Assembly (NCBI GenBank): GCA_964019335.1
Contig: OZ025742.1
Location: forward strand, 310,001 to 374,000
Reading direction: 5' to 3'
DNA: 64,000 bases
From: Diplonema japonicum
Taxonomy: Eukaryota > Protista > Euglenozoa: Diplonemea
Part shown: positions 1-11,133 of the stretch, piece by piece
Layout of the letters: the number at the start of each line of letters is the position of its first letter
How positions within the stretch are numbered: position 1 is the first letter of the stretch
Made by a program: the position numbers and the translations under genes
Notes under the pieces: generated by a model
What the model saw: the letters and a program-made list of their open reading frames with translations, nothing else
Database searches by the model: none
What the model was told of the DNA's origin: nothing

Positions 1-235
1 CCACCCCAGCATCAGCATGCAGCACGCGGTGCTTGTCTTCAGGAGCACAGTCTCTGAAAACACCGACAAAAACACCATACGGCCCTTCATCATGGACCTT
101 GGGTCCACTAATGGCACGTTTCTCAACAAGGAGAGGATCCGGTCAAACACTTACGAGTCCTTGACACCCAACTGCATGCTGCAGTTCGGTAACTCCTCTC
201 GAGAGTTCATCTTAATGGATGCAACAAAAGTGTAA
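1..235 (+). CDS. C-terminal part of an FHA-domain protein, SNIP1/DAWDLE/Pml1-like (runs off window start)
   Basis: HPSISMQHAVLVFR...RPFIMDLGSTNGTFLN...LQFGNSSREFIL matches the FHA SxxH / DLxSxNGT motifs in the SNIP1-type context. Confidence 0.85.
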   Translation, partial: HPSISMQHAVLVFRSTVSENTDKNTIRPFIMDLGSTNGTFLNKERIRSNTYESLTPNCMLQFGNSSREFILMDATKV

Positions 236-349
236 AGGGGGGGAGGGGAAAACAAAAACACTTTTTTTTTTTTTTTTTTTTTCCTGCTTCGGTCACCACT
301 TTTATAAATCGCAACCTACAGGTTTTTCTTTCCCTCAAAAAAAAAAAAA

Positions 350-3300
350 ATGGACGGGAAAAGCGCCGACGACGGCGCCACAACAAAGCAGGAATTCGAC
401 CCCCAAGAAGAGAGGTACTATGTGCACGGGTCGTGTTTCGTAACATACGAGGGCTTCAGAGCCTGTCCTATGGGGAGGGACATTTTAGGTGGTGACGAAC
501 CGTACAATTCGGAGAAGGAATGCGAGGAGGCCTTCGCGATGCTGATGACCCGAACGGAGTATGAGAAGGGCGGGGACCACTGGGCACTGCAGCAAATGGG
601 CGACACGGGCACACCGTGGAAGCAGCTGTCAGGGTTCGAAAAGGTGGAGACTGTCATCGTCAACGTTGTGAAATTCTTCAGCATCTGGGGGGTGCTGTAT
701 CTGTTCATTATCTCGCTGGGCCTGATGGGGAACGCCTTCAAGATTCTTGGCGGGAAGTCATCCGGCCGAGCATTCCGCGAAAGCGAGCTCCTCTCCAACC
801 CAGTAGCCGGGCTTGCAATCGGGATCCTCGCTACTGTTCTGATGCAGTCCTCGTCGACCACCACGTCCATCGTCATCTCGATGGCCGCAGCCGAGCTAGT
901 TACAGTTGAAGACGCAGCTTACTTAGTTATGGGTGCGAACATTGGTACATCTGTCACCAACACCATTGTTTCCATTGCTCACCTGAACAGCCCGGCCGAG
1001 TACAGGCGAGCTTTCACAGGCGCTGTTTTCCACGATATGTTCAATTGGCTTACTGTGAGCATGTTCCTTCCCCTTGAAGCTGCTTCGGGGTTTCTCAAGG
1101 AACTTGCTGGGTCTGCGGTGGATTCGATGAACCTTGACGGCGAGAAGCGCGGCAAGGTGGAGTTCATCAAGAAGATCACGAACCCCGCCTCCGGCCGTGT
1201 CGTGTCTGTTGACAAGAAACTTATTGAAAAGATCGCGCAAGCATCCTCCTCTGAAGAGGTTCGTAGGCTTGAAAGGCAGACCATCATTAAGCAAACCTCT
1301 GGTCACGTGCTTCGCGACACGCCTATCTCGGACGACGACGCGGGTATTCTGCTCCTCTTCGTGTCCCTCACAATGCTCACGACCTGTCTGCTGCTGCTCG
1401 TCAAGCTGCTCCAATCGGTGCTGAAGGGTGGCGTGGCGTCGTGGACCAGGTATTTCTTGAACATCGAGTTCAAGCACCCCGTTCTGAAAATGTTCGGCGG
1501 GATGGACAACTACCTGCTCCTCTTGTTCGGCACGGGATGCACCATCCTGGTGCAGTCCAGTTCGGTGTTCACGTCCACGCTAACACCTTTAGTAGGCATT
1601 GGCATCATTCACATTGAGAAACTTGTTGCACTGACGCATGGTGCCAACATCGGTACTACTGTGACTGGTGTCTTGTCGGCTCTGTCCAGCGACAACGTTG
1701 ACATTGGTATGAGGGTTGCCTTTGAGCACGTGCTGTTCAACCTGCTCGGGACAGTCGTGTGGTTCATGGTCTGGCCCCTCCGTCCCGTGCCCCTCGCCCT
1801 TGCCAAGTTCATGGGTGATACGGCAGCCAACCTCCGCTGGTTCCCCCTCGCCTACATTTTGTTGGCCTTCCTCGCCCTCCCCGGCAGCATCATCGCCCTC
1901 TCCCTCCCTGGCTGGCAGGTTCTCGTCGCAGTCGGCGTGCCGCTCTTCATCATCGTGTTCCTGACTCTTACGCTGATATGGGTGCGCCGCAACCGCGCCG
2001 ACCTCCTTCCCAGAGGCAGCGTCCTCCGAACAGAGGCACTTTGTGGGAAAAGACTCCCCAACTTCATGCAGCTGTGGGGCGGGGACGTCGTCAAGGACAC
2101 CGTTGACATGGAGGAGCTGAGGCAGAAGGAGGAAGAGGCCAAGAAACAGGCTGATTCAGTGTTGGAGTGGACGCAGTCGCCAGGTGCGTGGGGTTTTGCC
2201 ATTCTTGCGTTCGTCGGGATGACACTCGCACTCCCCACGTCGCAGTGGCGGCGCATGAGGTACGCGCAGGAGGAGAGGGGCAGGAGTGAGTACGGGTTGG
2301 GGCTGTGGGAAATGTGCAGCGACACTTTCTTAACCGAGCACAAGTACGCAGCCCCACCACAGACGTGCGACATGGCTTTCCTGCAGACGTGTGCAAGCGA
2401 ACTGGCGCAGAGCTGCAGCGTCGACACAGGGTCGGGTGACGCAGCCGTGGCACTGGTGGCTGAGGCGTACGTCTCTGCATGGAAAAGGTGCACACAGGCA
2501 GGGTGCAGGTCGCACGCGTGGTCGATCGGGTGCCCTGACCTCCCTGCGTGTGCGAACAGGGCCGGTCACGCGGAGCTGTGCCAAGTGCCGCTGAAATCCT
2601 TTACCTTCCATGTGCTGGATCAGGAGAAAAACGGCGCAGAGTGGGACTTCAGCCTCTCGAACAGCACAGGCAGCGACGCGCCCCTTCCGCACGACAACCA
2701 CTTCGTGGACACCAGTGGCAACAAGCTGACGACATACGTGCTTCCATCGCAACCACTTGCAGGCACCGTGAACCCCAACCTTTCCGACTCCCTGTCCTGC
2801 AGCGACTGCAACCAGACTTGTGATGCATCTGGTGCAGCAGGGAATTTCTGCAACGACGCCCCTGGCCTGGGTGGTGTGACGTACAACCCGTGTACGGGAG
2901 ACCTCTACGCCACCACTGGACGTGGGCCTGCCACTACGTGCGGGGGGTCCACTCTGCTCGCGTTAGAAGGCTTCTCGCCAGCCATGGGACAGCTCAGGCT
3001 GCACAGGAACTACACAGCGAACAACAGAACGGTGTCGGTGACAGTCGACTCATGGGCAGGCTTGCAGTACAACGGACAGGCCATGCTCGGGACATCCAAC
3101 CAGGCCAGCGAAACAGTGCGTGTGGGCTCTCCCGGCTCGTCATGGGCCGTGCAACCCGGGCAGGCGACATGCCCTAGCGACACACAGCCACACACACCAT
3201 CGGAGTACGGCCTGCACATCGGCGACGTGCAGCTCTTCAAAGACGGGCTATTCATGGGGGGCAACTTGTTCGGGCCGGAGATCGCCGTGTGGAACGCAGC

Positions 3301-4564
3301 GGGCGAAATACAAGTGATCTACACCACTGATGCGACAAGGCTGGGCGGCGGTGCTAGCGTCAAGGCAGTGATTCCGAAAATCTTTGAGAATCGCAGAGCT
3401 GGCAGGGGCTTCGGGAACATCGCCGTGAACCCCGCACAGGACAAAGCGGTGGCCTGCCTCGAGTCGCCGATGACAGGCGGTAATGACACTTTGCTGGCGT
3501 CCAACGCCGTGCGATGTGTTGTCCTCAACTTGGAAGACCACACCAACCCGACCTTGCTTGCACAGAAGGTGGTCCTGCTGAGCGATGCGGATGCCGAATA
3601 CGCCGACAGAGGTGCCAACAACACACAGGCAGACGTGCGGTTCAGCGGGGCATCATGGCTGCAAGGCGACACCGTACTTCTCATGGAACGCGCTGTCTCA
3701 GGTCCGGATGCAGCAGCAATTGTACTCCGCGAAGCGAACTTCAGCACCGGTTCGGACGTGGCGGTCGACGCGGCACTGAACGATGTGGAAGGAAGGGTTG
3801 TGGGGACAGGTGGTCTGGTCTTGAACCCTGCGGTGGAGCTTGCTGAGGGCGGCATCATACCAGTCACCACCAAGACTGTCTATGACATGAAATCCCTTGG
3901 CACCGCAAGCACAGGCATAGCAGACACAGTGGAGGGCATGTTCGTGGCGAACCCGCACACCGTTGTACTGGTGGAAACGGGCAGTTTCGCAGGATATTCT
4001 AAAATCCATGTTGTTCAGCTGAACGTCACACTGCCATACACATCACAGGCATGCCCTGCTCCAGAGAGGCGGGTGTTCGAAGCCGGCACGAAGTGCAGAG
4101 ACATCAGCGAAGTGTGCCCTGTAGGCGGCCTTGACGGGGATATGAACACCTTAGCAGGCCTTGTCATCGCGGGCACTGTACTGCTTGGCGTTGGGATGGT
4201 CTCTGTTATAGGGTATTCAGTGCTGCCGCATAACGCGGTGGCTGGCAAGATGATTTATGTCTCTGCTGTGTCTCTCGTGGCCGCGTGGGTTCTGATCTTC
4301 GCTGGGTGGGTTTTCCTTACAAGCCTTTCATCATCGACATATGGGTGTCTGTTTCTGGACGAGTCAGGCCGTGGTGAGGTAGCTGGCGGTGGGATGGCGC
4401 TTCTTCATGCTGAGCTGAAGGATCTCACCCGCCCTAGTTATTCGTGGGGTTTTGCTATCTACGGCTGGGGGATGCTGTCGGTGTCAGTGGGCTTCGTGCT
4501 TCACAGAGTGCTCTCTCTGTTCTTGGCGGGCAGGGAAGAGGAAGAACTGCCGGTCAATGAATAG
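350..4564 (+). CDS. SLC34/NptA-type Na+/phosphate cotransporter fused to a claudin/PMP22-like tetraspan whose first loop contains a phytase-like beta-propeller
   Basis: Two QSSS + GANIGT repeats (SLC34); then TM-W...GLWEMC and three C-terminal TMs ending SYSWGF; between them LYATTGRGP, GNLFGPEI and RRAGRGFGNIAVNP...LESPM resemble phytase-like motifs; single 1404-aa ORF. Confidence 0.85.
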   Translation: MDGKSADDGATTKQEFDPQEERYYVHGSCFVTYEGFRACPMGRDILGGDEPYNSEKECEEAFAMLMTRTEYEKGGDHWALQQMGDTGTPWKQLSGFEKVETVIVNVVKFFSIWGVLYLFIISLGLMGNAFKILGGKSSGRAFRESELLSNPVAGLAIGILATVLMQSSSTTTSIVISMAAAELVTVEDAAYLVMGANIGTSVTNTIVSIAHLNSPAEYRRAFTGAVFHDMFNWLTVSMFLPLEAASGFLKELAGSAVDSMNLDGEKRGKVEFIKKITNPASGRVVSVDKKLIEKIAQASSSEEVRRLERQTIIKQTSGHVLRDTPISDDDAGILLLFVSLTMLTTCLLLLVKLLQSVLKGGVASWTRYFLNIEFKHPVLKMFGGMDNYLLLLFGTGCTILVQSSSVFTSTLTPLVGIGIIHIEKLVALTHGANIGTTVTGVLSALSSDNVDIGMRVAFEHVLFNLLGTVVWFMVWPLRPVPLALAKFMGDTAANLRWFPLAYILLAFLALPGSIIALSLPGWQVLVAVGVPLFIIVFLTLTLIWVRRNRADLLPRGSVLRTEALCGKRLPNFMQLWGGDVVKDTVDMEELRQKEEEAKKQADSVLEWTQSPGAWGFAILAFVGMTLALPTSQWRRMRYAQEERGRSEYGLGLWEMCSDTFLTEHKYAAPPQTCDMAFLQTCASELAQSCSVDTGSGDAAVALVAEAYVSAWKRCTQAGCRSHAWSIGCPDLPACANRAGHAELCQVPLKSFTFHVLDQEKNGAEWDFSLSNSTGSDAPLPHDNHFVDTSGNKLTTYVLPSQPLAGTVNPNLSDSLSCSDCNQTCDASGAAGNFCNDAPGLGGVTYNPCTGDLYATTGRGPATTCGGSTLLALEGFSPAMGQLRLHRNYTANNRTVSVTVDSWAGLQYNGQAMLGTSNQASETVRVGSPGSSWAVQPGQATCPSDTQPHTPSEYGLHIGDVQLFKDGLFMGGNLFGPEIAVWNAAGEIQVIYTTDATRLGGGASVKAVIPKIFENRRAGRGFGNIAVNPAQDKAVACLESPMTGGNDTLLASNAVRCVVLNLEDHTNPTLLAQKVVLLSDADAEYADRGANNTQADVRFSGASWLQGDTVLLMERAVSGPDAAAIVLREANFSTGSDVAVDAALNDVEGRVVGTGGLVLNPAVELAEGGIIPVTTKTVYDMKSLGTASTGIADTVEGMFVANPHTVVLVETGSFAGYSKIHVVQLNVTLPYTSQACPAPERRVFEAGTKCRDISEVCPVGGLDGDMNTLAGLVIAGTVLLGVGMVSVIGYSVLPHNAVAGKMIYVSAVSLVAAWVLIFAGWVFLTSLSSSTYGCLFLDESGRGEVAGGGMALLHAELKDLTRPSYSWGFAIYGWGMLSVSVGFVLHRVLSLFLAGREEEELPVNE

Positions 4565-4645
4565 AGTTTTTATTATTATTTTTTTTTTTTTCTTATAATT
4601 ACAATCATCAGCGTGTTTTCCATTTTTTTTTTTGATTCGTCTATT

Positions 4646-4688
<43 letters not shown>

Positions 4689-4892
4689 GCGGCGGCGGCA
4701 GTTTTGATAAAAATTTTCTCTCTCTTGAGGGAGAAAAAAAAACGGAGAAGAACGAAAGAAGAAGAAAAGAAAACATGCCGGAATAGCCCCCTCTTTTTTT
4801 TTTTCTTCTTTTTTCTTTCAAACAGTGAGCACCCCCCATGCACACTGAAATTTTATCGAGTTTTTTTCCCTTTTTTTGTTTTCTCTTTTTTT

Positions 4893-4956
4893 TTCTTCAG
4901 GCGTCCTGCCACATACCGCAGGTACCCTTAAATGTCTCTTTTTTTTTTTTTTTTTT
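4893..4956 (+). mobile_element. Very short 5'-truncated copy of the 3' end of the non-LTR element at 15960-19162, with T tail
   Basis: TCTTCAGGCGTCCTGCCACATACCGCAGGTACCCTTAAATGTCTC(T)n is identical to 19091-19162. Confidence 0.85.
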
Positions 4957-5801
4957 AAAATGTGAACACACCTATGTCTCCTTCCTTTTTTTTTCGTTCC
5001 CCTCTATTCTTCCTTTCTCTTTAAAGAACGTCTTCCCCCCCCCCCCCCCCCCCTTTCGATGAATCAATTTTGTAAAACGAGAAAAAAAATGTGTTTTCTA
5101 ATGGGGCCGGGCCGTTTCGGCCAGTGACTTTTACTTTTACTTTTTTTTTCCCGAAAGAAAAAAAAAAAGAAGAAAAAAAGCACCAAGAAAAGAGTAAAAG
5201 CCACACCATGTGCCTATTGCGCCCCAATAACGACCGAACAAAAAGAGGGAAAAAAAAAAAAAAAAAATTACGTATCCTTATGTTTTGATGTGTTGTCTCA
5301 ACTGAGCCGTTACCTCATAGGTGAATTTCTCTTCCTTTTTTTTATTTTTTTTTTTTTGAAAATACACCCGGGTGTGTTTTTCTTTCCTGAAAAAGAAAAA
5401 AAAATCCTTCAAACGAATAAAAGAAGAAAACTGAAAAAAGAAGGGGGGGGTCTGTGCGATCCCCATATCTCTAAACCCAGACGGGCTTTAAAGATGAGGC
5501 GTTGATTTTCCTTTAATTCTCACTTCCTGCTTGCGGCAAATGAAAACGAAGAAGAAGAAGAAAAGAAAAACCAAATAGTTAAAAGAGACTCATATAGGAG
5601 AAGGTAGGCTTCTCCTGCCCGTTCTCCTCATTTTTACTCTTGCTATTTGAAGAGAAAGAAAAGGAAACAAAAAAAAAAGAGCTGCAAGTAGGGAAAGAGA
5701 ACAGAAAACTATGGATACCTCCTCTTCTTCTTTTTTTTTTTGAGGGCGGCCCTCCATGAGGGGGTTTGTCCTGCACTTTGAGTTTTTCTTCTTTCCTTAA
5801 C

Positions 5802-5803
<2 letters not shown>

Positions 5804-5882
<79 letters not shown>
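5804..5882. repeat. (CT)n microsatellite
   Basis: Uninterrupted CT dinucleotide run of about 78 bp. Confidence 0.98.
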
Positions 5883-5883
<1 letters not shown>

Positions 5884-5890
5884 CCCCTTG

Positions 5891-5922
<32 letters not shown>

Positions 5923-6164
5923 TTATTTAGTACTCCCTGTTCTGTGCCTTCCCAGCAGAGGGGGATGATGCCGCAAGGAAAGAAAAAAGAAGAAGAAGAA
6001 AAAAACCTTGGCATTAACTACGAGCGTGTTTTAAAAAAAAAAAAGTTGTTTCTTTGTTTTCCATTTCTTTTTTTTTTTTTATTTCCTTTTTTTTTTTGAG
6101 GAAAGCTTTTTTTTTATTTCCTACCCGTCCAGAAATCTCAAACAAAAAAAAAAGGAAGTATTAA

Positions 6165-7602
6165 CCCTTATCAGCCCAGGGGGAGTTGAATTGATTTTTG
6201 GATTTTCCCTGGTCCCTTGTTGGCATGGGTCGGACATGCTGAAGTCTTGAGGTTATGTCTTGGTTCGGGGTACGCATTTGAAAGATATTTGAAATCTGCG
6301 TTCATTCCACTAAAGATGTTGTGATCTCGATCAATAAGAAGCCAATGTTCGGGGGGTCATGAGTAGGTGGCCCCACAACAGTGATTTCAGCCTTACCAGC
6401 ACTCAGAAATCTTCCCATTCAGGCTTGTCCTGTGGCTATTCTGCCGCTGTCCTTGCACATCTGCCTCAAAACAAAGACCTTGAAAATCTGCGTTCATTCC
6501 ACCAAATGTTTAATGTTTCGAGCCATGGAGGTGCATTGATCGGATGTCGCAAAACCTTGCCCAAACCTTCGCCCACAGGTAAGGTAGATAGGTGCACATC
6601 TCCTCTGTCCGACCAAGCAAGGTAGACCAGGCCAGCGTTGTTCTGATACGTCACGCTACCTGCTTCCATGGCACGTACATTGGGCGGACCCCGTCTATTT
6701 TGCAAATCGCTCCACAGCAGTGTATTCCCACGCCCTTCAATTCGTGGAAGAGCTGAACACCGATATACCAGTTGTCGATATACAAATGATAACCTTGGTT
6801 CTCGTACCTTTGTTCCTTCCCACAACAGTCTTTGGTGTTTCCCTGTAGGTGTCTACCCACCATCATGTCGGGGAGTACCCCGTGCTGCTTTCGTTGAGAA
6901 TAATACCCCATTGATTACGTTCGTCGGGACAAACTGACGGAGGGGTGTTCCACTGACAAATTTTGTTCAGGGGTCAGAGCCTTCACCCATTTCCCTTTCA
7001 CGAGATCGATGAACGGGCGGATCAGGCGCAGCTTGTTGGTTTCTCTGGCAGCAGGATTGGCAAGGTGCAGGTACCGCAGGATCACTTTGAACCGCTTCTT
7101 CGACATTTCCGACCAGTAGTCGGTCAAATCCCCCTTGATAGAGGCTGCTTCTTCCCCTTCCTCTTCCTCTTCCTCTTCCCCCTGTTCTTCATCATACTCC
7201 TTGTCAGAAATAGAGATTCACCAGACTCCTCGTCAGATACGGGTGCCTAGTCACCTGCAAACAGGTCTAAAAAGCCTAAATGAGGCTGGGGGCTGTCCCC
7301 AATACGTTCGTTGTGTGCTGGCTTGTTGATTTTGATAAGGACCTCAAAAAGAAATTCATAGGGAAAAATTCTAGAGAAAATCAGGAAAATACCCATATTT
7401 TGGGTGTCACCCAGTGTCTCGGTACCCCGTTCTGGGTTGAAGCTATGAAGTTTCAGATGGATACAAATGGCGCATTTAACGCAGATTTTCTAAATCTTTC
7501 CATTCCATTTTTTTTCCATGGAAACTGGTAAGACTCAGGTTTGGATGACACAGGGAACAACACCATTAACGACTCATATATGAGTCGTTGGGCGGATAAG
7601 GG
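6165..7602 (-). mobile_element. Degenerate piggyBac transposon
   Basis: TTAA on both sides (6161-6164, 7603-7606); TIRs CCCTTATCAGCCCA / TGGGCGGATAAGGG; broken minus-strand frames DYWS..MSKKRFKVILRYLH, GYHLYIDNWY, LAWSDRGDVHLST; subterminal palindrome AACGACTCATATATGAGTCGTT. Confidence 0.92.
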
Positions 7603-7636
7603 TTAAAAAAAAACAAAACAAAAAAGATATGTAACA

Positions 7637-8674
7637 ATGATTACAGGATGGCGGGATAAAAGCATTTCCTACTTTTTACGATCGAAGTACAAGGACGCTT
7701 CTGCGGAAAGCATCCCGTTTATTTTGAGGGATTTACAGGAGTTTAAGAAGGAGGGCAGGGCGGTGGGGGAAAGGTGTTTCGGGGTCGCTCTGCAAAAAGC
7801 AATTGGGAACAAAAAATGGTTCGAGATAGTGAAGCGCCAGATGGAACAAAACGGAACTGTTAGACAACCGGAAAGGGTGGGCCAAGCCCTTGTTCATCAT
7901 TACACCGCAACGGCAGACTGGAAGGAAGTTATCGTCCAATGCACTGTTCACATCCAGCAAGGCTGGGGTTTATCATACTATCAAAAATGTTCGTTCTTGA
8001 CCGCAACTGCTCTTGAAACAGGCTCTCTTTCATCATGTCTTCAAATTTTCAGCACTTTACCGCAGGTTAAGACAGTGCAGCATTACAAACCACTCTTTTT
8101 GACTCTAACAACTCCTTCATCTTGCTTGCTTTTGTACGAGGCTCAGATTCTGGACACTTCTGACACAAACCCCATGGGAATCCTCGCCGGGCTGACGGGG
8201 CTTCCAGATGGACTGATTCCCGCGCTTCAAATTATTCTGAAGCTTTTCCCGGAAATCTGTTGTTCTTGGATCACATTAGTGATGAGGGGTGTTTGCTGTG
8301 CACCGTTGCGGGCTTTAGCACTGTACTCGATGTTCAAGTCGGAGTTCCCGTCGTTCGCAGCGCTTCATGTTGCAGCGTTGCGAGCCGCGCTCGATCTGAA
8401 GCAGTTGCAAGTTTGCGAGGATATCGTCACTCAGAATCTGTCCAAGCTGCCCTTCATCCCTTTTGAAGGGCACCTCGCTGTTTTGGAATACGCCTCTCAG
8501 TGCAAGGACACAAAGCGTGCGGAGCACGCGTTCAAAAAAATCTCAACCTCGCTGCGGACCACGAAGAAAACCCTGGCCCGGTGCAAAGTCTTGTTGAACG
8601 CTTCTTATACCGACACACGTGGCGTTGAAGACCACGCCTGCACAGGTCTCTCCCTTCCCGTTGTTCGCTGGTAG
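7637..8674 (+). CDS. Hypothetical protein, possibly helical-repeat (PPR/TPR-like); true start uncertain
   Basis: 345-aa homopolymer-free ORF on the gene strand; no diagnostic motif. Confidence 0.6.
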   Translation: MITGWRDKSISYFLRSKYKDASAESIPFILRDLQEFKKEGRAVGERCFGVALQKAIGNKKWFEIVKRQMEQNGTVRQPERVGQALVHHYTATADWKEVIVQCTVHIQQGWGLSYYQKCSFLTATALETGSLSSCLQIFSTLPQVKTVQHYKPLFLTLTTPSSCLLLYEAQILDTSDTNPMGILAGLTGLPDGLIPALQIILKLFPEICCSWITLVMRGVCCAPLRALALYSMFKSEFPSFAALHVAALRAALDLKQLQVCEDIVTQNLSKLPFIPFEGHLAVLEYASQCKDTKRAEHAFKKISTSLRTTKKTLARCKVLLNASYTDTRGVEDHACTGLSLPVVRW

Positions 8675-8686
8675 TTTTTTTTTTTT

Positions 8687-8722
<36 letters not shown>

Positions 8723-8785
8723 ATCACAATATATCTGCTGACCAAAAAAAAAGGGGGGTGTTGGGGTTGGGGGGTAGGAAGTACC

Positions 8786-10701
8786 ATGGCGCTGAACCTT
8801 CCCCCGTCTTCTTTTGAATCGCAAGGCGCGGGAGGCGCCCCTGCCCCGCTCCCGGCAGATTTTACACCGCTTCCCAGCCTCCCCGAAGTGGAGAAGGTCA
8901 CCACACCGAAACTGATCATCACGGGGTTCCCCCCTTCATGGACCAGCATAGACATCGGGCAGCACTTTGAGACCCTCGGTGTGGTCGTTATCGATTGTGA
9001 TGTTCTGGACAAGGACAGGGCGTACATCGCACTGTCAGGGACAAATGAGGTCCTGAAGGTATTGGACACGGTGAGGCTGCTTCCTCCTGTTGATGGGAAG
9101 TTCAAGATATCAGCAGAAATGGAAACCTTGGGTGGTGGGAAGAAGCGAGCACTCGACGAACCGCAGCAGAGTGCAGCCAAGAGGTGTGCACCTCAGCAAC
9201 AAGCACCCGATGTAGCTAGCCTTCTCCAGATGCTGCAAGGGCAGGAGCAGTCTGTTTCTGCCCCGCCTCCCCCTCCTCAGCCACCCCAGCAAAACGACTC
9301 CGTCTTGCAGCTTCTTCTTCAACAACAACAAGCGAAGGAACAAAAGAGACAGACCAGCAAGAACGAGACCTGCAACAACACCCTGCGGCAAGCAGTGCCG
9401 GCACGAGACGTGCACTCTGCGATAGGTGCGCGCATCGGTCCCTGTGGAATGGTGCCTGCGCAGCAATCCGAGCAAGGCAGCCTCCCTCCCTCCATAACCC
9501 ATGTTCCACCGCCTCCTCAACAGCCCTCCGTGCAATCTCTCCTTGCCGATCTGCTTAAGCAGAAGCAGCCACAGCAACAACAGCCGCCGCAGCTCAGCTC
9601 CCTGTCAACCGCTGTCCAGGACAAGCCTAACATCCAGCAACTCCTGCAGCAGCAGCTGCTGCAGCAACAGCCACAGGTGCAGCTGCAGCCACAACAGCCT
9701 GAAATGGTCAGCCAGATTGCGAAGCTCTTGGGAATGACTGAGGCCAAGTCTGGTGATCCTGTGGCCCCTGCTCCACCCCCGCCGCCGCCCGCAACGTCTC
9801 TCCCTACCTCGCAGGCGGGGATGGAACAGTTGCTTGCCTTGCTTGGGGGAAACAAAACACAGCAACCACAACGACCGCAGCCACAATCACAACCACAACC
9901 CCTGCACCGGCAGCCGACCAGCTTGCAGGACAAACTCCGTGCGTTGGGTGGCGAGAGCAACAACAAGGCAGAGCAGCCCAAGCAAGACATCAAACCGCCA
10001 CCGCCAGCACTAGCACCAGCACCAGCACTAGCACCAGCACCTACAACACCTCAGCCCAAGCAGCGTCCGGAGGGGAGGAACGCCGCATACCTGGTGATGA
10101 AGAGCAGCAGCCACGAGCACCTGGCTCAGTCTATTGAACACGAGCTGTGGTATGCCACGAGGTCAAGATTAATTACACAACCAGGTTCACGTCCAAAGCG
10201 ATGGGAGAAGAGCTGAACAAGCTGCTGCGGGACCACCCTACAGTGATCTTGTTATTCTCTGTGAAGGGGAGCGGCTACTTCACGGGCTACGCCTCGATGC
10301 ATGGCCCTGTCAGACACAGGAGCGAGCATCTGACCATGCAGGTAGGGAGAGGGAGAGGGGGGGAACTCACACCCACACAGGATGTCTTTGACCAGCTTCC
10401 GCACAGCTGGCAGCATATCTTTAGAATTAGCTGGCTCAACGTGGGTGGCGTAGAGTTCAGTGACACGCTCCACCTTAAAGCCGATGGCCGCCCCGTGCAG
10501 TACACCAAGGACGGGGACAGGATCCCAGCTGAGACGGGAGCCGAGCTGTGCAACATGATCGATGCTACGGCAAAAGCAGCTAAGAAGGGCAGTGGTGGCA
10601 GCGGAAGCGCGACTTCGACCCCGGCCTCTAGAGCTGCCCCTCCGCCTTGTGACCTGTCTGCTTTGACTTACGAGGAGTACATGAAAATATGTCAAGGATG
10701 A
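8786..10701 (+). CDS. YTH-domain (m6A reader) protein with N-terminal RRM-like region and Q/P-rich linker; exons 8786-10149, 10185-10341, 10381-10701
   Basis: YLVMKSSS..L..SI...LW|FT..MGEELN..VILLFSVKGSGYFTGYASM..F.ISW..DG..I; a 35-nt GTATGC..CCAG intron joins the two ORFs in frame; a probable in-frame 39-nt GTAGGG..ACAG intron. Confidence 0.88.
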
Positions 10702-11133
10702 AAAAAGGAAAATAATAAATGGGTGGGCGGAGTGTAATAAATACTGTAACACCACAAGGGAATGCAACAAAGAGGAGGAAAGTGTTACCGAGGTTTTTTC
10801 TTCTTCTTCTTTTTTTTAAAAAAAAATATCCCCGCTCACATGGGGTGCACGAAAAAGGAAAAAAAAAAAAAAAAAAAAAAAAAACACGCAAGACAAAAAA
10901 AAAACGACCAAAACGTCCATATCCCCCCCTACCACCCCGCACATTTTTTTTTTTCTCCCTTTTTTTTGTTTCCCAGTGTCTTTCTTTTTTTTTTTGTTTC
11001 TAGTCCCCAGGGAACGAAGGAAAAAAAAAAAAAGGGAAAAAAAAAAAAAAAGAAACAGGAGTGAGGGCACGGGGAAGAGGGGAGGGGGGAAAAGAAAATC
11101 TAAAAAAAAAAAAAAAAAAAAATAATAATAATA

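Noticed and set aside
4565-6160. Many short poly-Lys/poly-Phe ORFs here and in 13.9-15.9, 19.2-19.8, 33.4-35.5 and 44.2-44.7 kb
   Set aside because: Translation artefacts of A/T homopolymer intergenic DNA
9332-9463. Cys-rich alternative frame (CGKQCRHETCTLR*) or GC-AG intron inside the YTH gene
   Set aside because: The main frame is open, the alternative frame stops before the His, and the splice signals are weak
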